Shown one piece after another: positions 26,205 through 32,000 of a DNA stretch of 32,000 nt; position 1 is the stretch's first letter; every line of letters begins with the position of its first letter. The notes beneath the pieces were generated by a model. That model was not told where the DNA came from and did no database searches. It saw only the letters and a list, made by a program, of their open reading frames with translations. This stretch comes from Halomicronema hongdechloris C2206. GTDB lineage: Bacteria; Cyanobacteriota; Cyanobacteriia; Phormidesmidales; Phormidesmidaceae. The stretch is taken from NCBI RefSeq assembly GCF_002075285.3, contig NZ_CP021983.2, positions 1,260,001-1,292,000 of the forward strand, read 5' to 3'. Both the position numbers and the translations under genes were made by a program.

Positions 26205-26256
26205 TGTACTAAAAATAGAACATTTATAGAACATTTTTTGTACTAAAAATAGAACA
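26205..26256. repeat. AT-rich direct repeats TGTACTAAAAATAGAACA x2 (34-bp period) plus extra ATAGAACA
   Basis: Exact 18-mers at 26205-26222 and 26239-26256. ATAGAACA at 26226-26233. This is the most AT-rich patch of the GC-rich part of the element. Confidence 0.6.
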
Positions 26257-26340
26257 CGGAACACCTGGTGCGCATCGGTTTTAGCGATCCAAATCGCAAA
26301 TTTTGCGCTATGGTATGTTCGTATTGCAGGGGTTGGTGAG

Positions 26341-26493
26341 ATGGCAAAACCCGTTATTAGTTTTCGTCTGCCGGATTCGTTAATTGACCAGGTGCGATCG
26401 CATTCGCAGATTTCGGGATGTACCCGAACGGATTTGGTGATCACCGCTCTGCGAGAATACCTGGCCAAAAAACAACCCCCGGTCGCGAGTTGA
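26341..26493 (+). CDS. ribbon-helix-helix protein (50 aa), below ORF-track cutoff
   Basis: Hand translation: MAKPVISFRLPDSLIDQVRSHSQISGCTRTDLVITALREYLAKKQPPVAS*. Classic RHH pattern, immediately upstream of the primase gene. Confidence 0.65.
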   Translation: MAKPVISFRLPDSLIDQVRSHSQISGCTRTDLVITALREYLAKKQPPVAS

Positions 26494-26558
26494 GCGGCGG
26501 GGGTTCGCATTTAAAGCAAAAACACTGACCCGGCAGCCAGTGTTTGAGGAGTTAAAAA

Positions 26559-26730
26559 ATGTCGTACCAAAATGATAGCGCATTTTTGCGTGACGAACAC
26601 CGCCAGCACTTCATTGATGAGGGGTGGAGCGACGCTGAGATCGAGCAGGCGATCGCCTGGGGTGTCCATTCAATCGACCGGGATGAGGCGGCCCAGCAAC
26701 TAGGCTACACACCCCCCGTCTGGCGGCATC
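26559..26730 (+). pseudogene. N-terminal fragment of the primase-helicase, in a different frame from the main ORF
   Basis: MSYQNDSAFLRDEHRQHFIDEGWSDAEIEQAIAWGVHSIDRDEAAQQLGY... looks like the usual N-terminus of DUF3854-type primases. The rest of this track ORF (to 27002) looks like out-of-frame noise. The main frame is open from 26687. Confidence 0.55.
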
Positions 26731-26761
26731 TGGTTCCCCACACAGCGATAAATGGGGGCAG

Positions 26762-29167
26762 TTGCGACCTGATAACCGCCACTGGACGGATGGGCAGGAA
26801 TCGCCAAAATATTGCAGCCCGCGCGGCGATATTGACCGGCAGGCACTGTGGGTGCCACCCGGTGCAACGCTTAGCGACCTGGCCGCCGTCACCGAGGGGT
26901 GGAAGGACGCGGCGATCGCCACCATCCGCACCGGGCGGCCCGTTGGTGCAATTGCGGGGGTTTCCCATATCGCCAAAACGCTGCCTGCAGGTGTTGGGGT
27001 AACAACCGTTTTTGACAGCGATGGCCTGACCAACGCCAACGTCATGCAGGCCCTGATCAGGGGGGGGCTGCACCTGGGCGGCAAAATTACGCTCATCCCT
27101 CGGGATATTGGGGAGAAATGTGGGGCCACTGAATTTTTTGGCAGTGGCCGGACACAGTCTGATTTTGACCAATTGTTGGCGGGCGCGCGAAACCCCCGAG
27201 CGTTTTTCCTGCAATGGTTGGGGTATCTCAGCGATGCTCCCCTGCCCAAAAACTGCGACACGCTGACGGCCCTGTATCAGCGGCTGTGGCGGATCGCCTG
27301 GCATCTCGACAGAGACTGCCATGAACTGCGGAGTCGGGTTGAGGCGTTCATCCAGGCCCATTCTCGGGCCAATGGCGTCAAATTGAATAAACCCGATGTG
27401 CGAGCCATTCGCAGTGCGGCCACAAAACCACTCTGGGAGCGGGAATCGCAACGGCAACTGGCAGAGCGCAGGGCGGCGGCGACAACTCAAACAGATTCAT
27501 CCTGGACTGTCAAACGCTGTTTCGATGATGCGATCACCCTCACCCCCGACGGGGTCCGACTGCCTCCAACGGGCAAATTGGCGGCCCTGATGGAGCAGAG
27601 CTGGTCGAAACATTTGAAATGGCGGCTCGATTTTTCCAGTTTTTATGCATACGGCAGGACGACACCTGGGCTGTGGGAGCGGGTCAGCGATCGCGAGGTG
27701 AAGGAACTCGTGCAGCGGGAGCTAGATGCTGCTGGAACTGATGGGGAATATGGTTTGACCGTGGTTGATAATACTGTGGCCCTGTTGAGCCAACGGGTCT
27801 CGGTGCGGCAGCTGCCACAGGCCCACGGCTACATTCCATTCCGCAATGGGGTGTTGCGGGTTTCGGACAGGACCCTGCTGGAGCACAGTCCTGACTACGG
27901 GTTCACCTGGCAATTGCCCTATGATTACATCCCCGGGGCAGAGTGTGGCCCGGTTGTGGACTGGCTGGGGTGGGCGGTGAACGGAGACAAAACAGTTGTC
28001 CAACTCATTCGCGCCTGTCTCAAAGCGATGATTTTGGGACGTACAGATTTTCAGCGTTATCTCGAAATCGTTGGGCCTGGTGGAACAGGGAAGGGCGTGT
28101 TAATTCGTCTAATTCAGGCCCTGCTGGGGAGGTCGAACACCGTCAGTACCTCTCTATCACGCATCGCCAACAGTAGGTTTGAGACAGGGCGATTCATGGG
28201 GAAACGATTGATTTTCATCCCTGATGCGGACTACAACCCCACGGCCGTCGACACGCTCAAACAATTGACCGGTGAGGATTTTATTCCGTGGGAGCGCAAA
28301 AACGAGAACTCTGATTATTGCGATGGGTTCACCCTGGAGGGGTGGGTGATGGTGGCGACCAACAGGGAAATTGTTGCCAGCGATCATACGAATGCACTAT
28401 TCCGGAGGCGAATTCCAATCTATTTCAACCACGTGGTTCCTGATGGCGAGCGGCGGGATCTAATTAGTTTTTGCCCCGATGGCAGTCTACGAGGCGAGTT
28501 TGCCGACCTCCTGCCGGGGGTGTTCAACTGGGTGCTCGACATGCCGGATAAATTGATGGAACGGTATATCAAAAACCCGCGAGAGTACGTGCGCTCGATG
28601 GGTGAGTTCCAGGCCGAGACATTACTCGAAACCAACAGTGTGGCGGCATGGGTGGACGAAAATGTTGTTTATCAACCGGGCGAATTTGCAAAAATCGGTG
28701 GCAAAAACAACCCCGCAGACAGCTGTCTATACCCGAACTATGTGGCATGGTGCGAGGCTACGGGCAGCAAGACCGTGGGTCTCAGGACATTTGTGAAAGA
28801 CTTCAAAAATTTGTTTTGTAATGAATTGGGGTTGGATGTCTCGAAACGGCGCGATCGGAACCGAGGCTCTGGGTTTGACAATATTCGCCTGCGGATTTGT
28901 GGGGGCGATGGGGAGCCCCGAGAGGATGAGCCCTGCACGGTTGAGCGGGCATTGGGCGGCTCAACCCAAAACGATACCAACGGTGATGGCGATGGCATTT
29001 CATTGTCGAAACAGGATTTAAAACAACTTCTAAACCTCTATTCTGATGACCCACCAGTTTTTGAATCCGAGCTGCAGCGATTGTCAGGGCTGCAACGGGA
29101 TCATCTCTACCAGGAGTTGCCTGAACTCAGGCCCATGGCGGGGGAGGTGAATGGGCATGTTAGGTGA
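26762..29167 (+). CDS. replicative primase-helicase: Toprim-like (DUF3854-type) domain + D5_N-like + P4/D5-type SF3 helicase
   Basis: QLRPDN...KYCSPRG, then VTEGWKDAAI...GVTTVFDSDG (Toprim-like). Then YIPFRNGVL..., Walker A GPGGTGKGV, Walker B RLIFIPDAD, motif C VMVATN. Confidence 0.8.
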   Translation: MRPDNRHWTDGQESPKYCSPRGDIDRQALWVPPGATLSDLAAVTEGWKDAAIATIRTGRPVGAIAGVSHIAKTLPAGVGVTTVFDSDGLTNANVMQALIRGGLHLGGKITLIPRDIGEKCGATEFFGSGRTQSDFDQLLAGARNPRAFFLQWLGYLSDAPLPKNCDTLTALYQRLWRIAWHLDRDCHELRSRVEAFIQAHSRANGVKLNKPDVRAIRSAATKPLWERESQRQLAERRAAATTQTDSSWTVKRCFDDAITLTPDGVRLPPTGKLAALMEQSWSKHLKWRLDFSSFYAYGRTTPGLWERVSDREVKELVQRELDAAGTDGEYGLTVVDNTVALLSQRVSVRQLPQAHGYIPFRNGVLRVSDRTLLEHSPDYGFTWQLPYDYIPGAECGPVVDWLGWAVNGDKTVVQLIRACLKAMILGRTDFQRYLEIVGPGGTGKGVLIRLIQALLGRSNTVSTSLSRIANSRFETGRFMGKRLIFIPDADYNPTAVDTLKQLTGEDFIPWERKNENSDYCDGFTLEGWVMVATNREIVASDHTNALFRRRIPIYFNHVVPDGERRDLISFCPDGSLRGEFADLLPGVFNWVLDMPDKLMERYIKNPREYVRSMGEFQAETLLETNSVAAWVDENVVYQPGEFAKIGGKNNPADSCLYPNYVAWCEATGSKTVGLRTFVKDFKNLFCNELGLDVSKRRDRNRGSGFDNIRLRICGGDGEPREDEPCTVERALGGSTQNDTNGDGDGISLSKQDLKQLLNLYSDDPPVFESELQRLSGLQRDHLYQELPELRPMAGEVNGHVR

Positions 29168-29423
29168 GAGCGAGTTGAGAGATTTGGTGATCATCTGCAA
29201 AGCGGCACTCGTGGGGGGCCAGGATTCTCTATCAGACCTGTTCAGTCTGCTGGGCTACCTCACCCAGGAGGACAAGCGGCAGTTTTGGCAATGGCTGAAA
29301 ACCAATGACGAGCTGTTGGTTACCCGCCTGAAACGGGCGAAACAGCGCCTAGAGGCTAATCCGCCACAGCCACAGCCACAGTCCTGGTATTCAGATCGCC
29401 TGAAGCGGGCAAGGGGGATGTAG
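29151..29423 (+). CDS. hypothetical protein (90 aa)
   Basis: ORF overlapping the primase stop. No domain recognised. Confidence 0.45.
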   Translation: MGMLGESELRDLVIICKAALVGGQDSLSDLFSLLGYLTQEDKRQFWQWLKTNDELLVTRLKRAKQRLEANPPQPQPQSWYSDRLKRARGM

Positions 29424-29699
29424 ATGCAGATGACCCTGCTGACCACTGATGAGGCGTGTGAACTCCTGCGCTGTAAGCCAGACTCCCTTAAGACCCTGCG
29501 CGATAGCTGGATTCACGGCGTCCACTACGTTAAACGCGGTCGCGGCCCCACGGCCCCAGTGCTCTACAACCGAGAATTGATTCTCGACTGGCTGGTCAAC
29601 CAGGATGCTCCCGAAACCCACCAGGCTGCAATCGAACACTTCAGACGCAGCCTGCCCAGTGGCCAAAAACGAACCATTTCACGAAAACCGAAAGGCTGA
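29424..29699 (+). CDS. xis: excisionase / AlpA-type HTH (MerR-like HTH_17) protein
   Basis: LLTTDEACELLRCKPDSLKTLRDSWIHGVHYVKRGRGPTAPVLYNRELILDWL matches the Xis/AlpA helix-turn-helix pattern. Adjacent to the arm-type repeats and the integrase. Confidence 0.7.
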   Translation: MQMTLLTTDEACELLRCKPDSLKTLRDSWIHGVHYVKRGRGPTAPVLYNRELILDWLVNQDAPETHQAAIEHFRRSLPSGQKRTISRKPKG

Positions 29700-29707
29700 C
29701 CCCCTTG

Positions 29708-29814
29708 CTGTGTAGGGGTGTGTAGGGGTCCTGTGTAGGGGGCAATCTCAACCCCTACACGCTGAAACCCTTGCTGTGTGGGGCTTGTGTAGGGCGTGTA
29801 GGGGTGTGTAGGGG
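29708..29814 (-). repeat. GTGTAGG(GG) repeat array (6 good + 1 degenerate copy, plus one CCCCTACAC in the opposite sense); candidate arm-type sites
   Basis: GTGTAGGGG at 29710, 29720, 29733, 29796 and 29806. GTGTAGGG at 29787. CCCCTACAC at 29752. This is the inverse complement of the motif at 9667-9795, and the GGTTTCAGC neighbour motif is also shared in inverse orientation. Confidence 0.7.
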
Positions 29815-29853
29815 TTATCCCTATACTCATAGGGGACACGCAAAAAAAAATAT

Positions 29854-30951
29854 TTAGAACAGGTTCGGTGTTTCTGGATGACTTTTGATGAGGCCGGCAT
29901 AGTTTTCGTAGAGTGTTTTGACGTTATGGCCCGTGATTGCGGCAACCTCTACCGGGTTCATGCCAGACGCTAGGGCATGGCTCACAAACGTGTGGCGGGT
30001 GTGATAGGCCGACCGATACTCTATGCCAGCGGCGGCCAGCACCTTAGCCCATCCCCGAGCACTGAAATTCTTGGCGTCCATCGGTCCCCCCTCTGGAGCC
30101 GGGAACACCAGATCGTCGCCCTCGACGCCTGCAGACATTCGCGATCGCAACATCTCAGCCAGGGAAGCACTCAGCTTCACTTCCCTGGGTTTCTTGGTTT
30201 TGGTGTCCTTAAACTCTCCATGGCTGTAGGCTTCACCAAGCCAGACCACGGTGCAATCTTCATTCAGGTGGCGCCACCGGAGCCCATTTACCTCCCCAGT
30301 TCGGCATCCCGTCGCAAACTTGAACTGGACATAGTCGGCATAGTGGCAATAGTAGGGAGAGTCCCTGAACCCTTGAATGATTCGTTTGACCTCATCCCTG
30401 CTGAATGCTCTAGGCTTCTGCTTTGGCGACTTGCGGATTGTCAATTCTGACCAGGGGTTAGCCGTCACCAATTCCTGCTCTATGCCCCAATCCCATGCAG
30501 CCTTGAGCAGGCCCAACCGCTCAAACACTGTGGACGGCTCTAGGTTTTCCATAAGCCATTGCAGGAAGTCGTCAGCAGTGTCTTCGCTCCCCACAGCACC
30601 GTCGCCAAAATATTCTCGAAGCCAGGTCACCAGGCCGTAGTACTTCTCTAAGGTGCGAGCCTGGACCCGCTTCGCTTTCCACTCAATGAACCGCTCGAAC
30701 AAGTCAACAGCGGTTATGATCTGCGGTTGCTGGCTGGGGTCTGTGCGGTATTTCCCCAACGTTGCGTCAAAGTTATTGGAGAGCATATCCAGCCGAATTT
30801 CTGAGGCCCGGCGCTTTGCAACCTCAACGTTGATCGGGTCATACCGTAACCCAAGGCTGAGGTAGTAGCGCTTCCCATGGTGGCGCCACCGGAGCTGTAT
30901 CCATCCCTCTTTGTTCGCGATCGCAACTTCGCCTTTAGGTGTCCTGGGCAT
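29854..30951 (-). CDS. int: tyrosine integrase with N-terminal Arm-type DNA-binding domain
   Basis: N-terminus KGEVAIANKEGWIQLRWRHHGKRYYLSLGL (Arm-binding, DUF3596-like). Catalytic ATGCRTGEVNGLRWRHL (Arg), AYHTRHTF (His-x-x-Arg), ITGHNVKTLYENY (His...Tyr). Lies 144 bp from the tRNA 3' end. Confidence 0.9.
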   Translation of the reverse strand: MPRTPKGEVAIANKEGWIQLRWRHHGKRYYLSLGLRYDPINVEVAKRRASEIRLDMLSNNFDATLGKYRTDPSQQPQIITAVDLFERFIEWKAKRVQARTLEKYYGLVTWLREYFGDGAVGSEDTADDFLQWLMENLEPSTVFERLGLLKAAWDWGIEQELVTANPWSELTIRKSPKQKPRAFSRDEVKRIIQGFRDSPYYCHYADYVQFKFATGCRTGEVNGLRWRHLNEDCTVVWLGEAYSHGEFKDTKTKKPREVKLSASLAEMLRSRMSAGVEGDDLVFPAPEGGPMDAKNFSARGWAKVLAAAGIEYRSAYHTRHTFVSHALASGMNPVEVAAITGHNVKTLYENYAGLIKSHPETPNLF

Positions 30952-31093
30952 AATTCACGGCACCATTCCGCACCCATTAAACAGCCAAAAGCCCCATTCT
31001 TTCGTCAAATTCCGGGAAGCTTCCGCACCCATTTCCCCGTTTTGCCAGCCCTATGCAATCGTTGAAATGCCTTGAAGCTACGGGTTTTCAGGG

Positions 31094-31144
31094 GATGGAC
31101 GTAACTGGACTCGAACCAGTGACCTCCACGATGTCAACGTGGCG
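31094..31144 (-). repeat. attR-type direct repeat within tRNA-Val
   Basis: Exact copy of 9487-9537. Spans tRNA nt 26-74 (anticodon arm to discriminator) plus 2 nt. Confidence 0.95.
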
Positions 31145-31169
31145 CTCTAACCAACTGAGCTATACGTCC
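31096..31169 (-). tRNA. trnV-GAC: tRNA-Val (anticodon GAC)
   Basis: Hand-folded cloverleaf: acceptor GGACGTA/TACGTCC, D stem GCTC/GAGC, anticodon stem CCACG/CGTGG with loop TTGACAT, T stem ACTGG/CCAGT with loop TTCGAGT, discriminator A. 74 nt. CCA is not encoded. Confidence 0.92.
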
Positions 31170-31309
31170 AAGCGAGATATCACAGTAGCACAGGAGCTTT
31201 ATCCGGTGCAATAGTTGACCCCACAGGGGCCTGAGCTATTGTCACCATGGCGGAGTAAACCCCTTTAGGATAGAGAAGGTTGATTTGAAGTTTTGTAAAG
31301 GTTGCCCCC

Positions 31310-32000
31310 ATGGCAATTGACTGGCAGGAAGTCTCTGGCAACTGGTTGTGGGTTCCCCCTCGTCCCAAGGCCATCATTCATTTTTTGGGCGGAGCGTTTG
31401 TAGCGGCAGCCCCTCATCTCACCTACCAGTGGCTGCTAGAACAGTTAGGGCGACAAGGATACGCGGTTGTGGCCACGCCGTTTGTCAATACCTTCGACCA
31501 TGCCACCATCGCCAAAGAAGTCGCGATTACCTTCGAGCAGGGGTGGCATTATCTCCACCGACAACGGGGGCTAGGTTATCTACCGATTTACGGGTTAGGT
31601 CACAGTATGGGTTGCAAAGTTCATCTGCTAATCAATAGCCTGCCCCTGAAGCATTCCCAGAGTACCGAGCGGGCTGGCAATATCCTCATGTGTTTCAATA
31701 ATTATCCGGCTCGGCGGTCTATCCCGCTGCTGGATCAGGTGATGCAGTTTTCTCCCAATCTGGCGGTGGAATTTACCCCATCTCCTCAACAAACCCTGGA
31801 GATTGCTGCCGAGCAATACTCCGTGCGCCGCAATCTTCTAATTAAATTTCGCCGGGATGAGATCGATCAAACCCACTCCCTAGCCGATGTGCTGGTGTCT
31901 CGGTTCCCTGAGTTAACCACAGTGCAGATTCTACCTGGCACCCATACGACTCCTGTCGCCCAGGACATCTCCTGGCAACCAGGCCAGTCCTACAGCCCAT
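31310..32000 (+). CDS. DUF1350-like alpha/beta-fold hydrolase (partial, runs off window)
   Basis: Hand translation: MAIDWQEVSGNWLWVPPRPKAIIHFLGGAFVAAAPHLTYQWLLEQLGRQGYAVVATPF...IYGLGHSMGCKVHLL... (GxSxG nucleophile elbow), open to the window end. Absent from the ORF track, presumably because no stop is reached. Confidence 0.7.
   Translation, partial: MAIDWQEVSGNWLWVPPRPKAIIHFLGGAFVAAAPHLTYQWLLEQLGRQGYAVVATPFVNTFDHATIAKEVAITFEQGWHYLHRQRGLGYLPIYGLGHSMGCKVHLLINSLPLKHSQSTERAGNILMCFNNYPARRSIPLLDQVMQFSPNLAVEFTPSPQQTLEIAAEQYSVRRNLLIKFRRDEIDQTHSLADVLVSRFPELTTVQILPGTHTTPVAQDISWQPGQSYSP

Larger units (their letters stand above)
9487..31144. mobile_element. tRNA-Val-integrated ~21.6 kb integrative plasmid-like element
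   Basis: Bounded by exact 51-bp direct repeats derived from the tRNA 3' part. Integrase and Xis at the tRNA-proximal end. Replication, partition and orphan genes inside. Housekeeping genes outside. Confidence 0.9.

Noticed and set aside
26034-27490. Track ORFs 26034..26510, 26380..26583, 26611..27261 and 26705..27490 on the minus strand.
   Set aside because: They are antisense to the RHH gene and the primase-helicase or span the non-coding origin-like region. Translations are Arg/Pro-rich with no motifs. The plus-strand genes have clear domain signatures.
9538-31093. Interpreting the element as a prophage.
   Set aside because: No ORF shows portal, major capsid, large terminase, tail tube/tape-measure or baseplate features. 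The gene sizes (many under 150 aa, largest 801 aa, which is the primase) and the two partition ATPases fit a plasmid-like, ICE-like or satellite-like element better.
31180-31816. Track ORFs 31180..31377 (-), 31348..31638 (+) and 31628..31816 (-).
   Set aside because: They are overlapped by a much more convincing open frame starting at 31310 (+) that runs to the window edge and carries a GxSxG hydrolase motif. The track ORFs have no motifs.

Overview
This looks like a cyanobacterial chromosome segment: it is GC-rich and the HIP1 palindrome GCGATCGC recurs throughout. Bases 1-9486 and 31145-32000 are ordinary chromosome. They carry a NUDIX hydrolase, folK, thioredoxin, fabG, an SLH/GHL10-type glycosidase-like protein, SUI1/YciH, a ShlB/FhaC-type TpsB transporter, a degenerate UvrD/AddB-like P-loop protein, and a DUF1350-like alpha/beta hydrolase running off the right edge.

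Between them lies a ~21.6 kb integrated mobile element inserted in the 3' part of tRNA-Val(GAC). Exact 51-bp direct repeats sit at 9487-9537 and 31094-31144. A tyrosine integrase with an Arm-type N-terminus and an Xis/AlpA-like HTH sit at the tRNA-proximal end. CTACAC/GTGTAG repeat arrays lie just inside both ends.

The element looks plasmid-like rather than phage-like. It has a Toprim(DUF3854-like)+SF3-helicase replication protein (frame-broken near its 5' end) behind an iteron/AT-rich region, an actin-like ParM-type ATPase with a small RHH partner, a ParA-like ATPase, and four RHH regulators. I can recognise no capsid, portal, tail, relaxase or canonical T4SS genes.

The most interesting parts are:
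1. A ~7.4 kb, 15-gene overlapped minus-strand operon (17679-25030) of mostly orphan proteins. It includes a membrane-anchored P-loop ATPase with a C-terminal HTH-like domain, membrane proteins, a GIY-YIG nuclease and a fused M23-peptidase/lambda-lysozyme-like wall hydrolase. This is a candidate non-canonical DNA-transfer machine.
2. Ten copies of a 7-mer packed into 113 bp inside the ATPase gene.
3. A CRISPR-like mini-array of GC-hairpin repeats (17420-17627) with no cas genes nearby, followed by an orphan 348-aa protein.
4. A FimB-sized tyrosine recombinase bracketed by two 28-bp lox-like palindromes.
5. A nested AT-rich, HIP1-free insert (about 12.1-15.3 kb) carrying secreted and lipoprotein cargo and a gutted integrase.

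All functional calls come from motif recognition by eye. No database search was possible.
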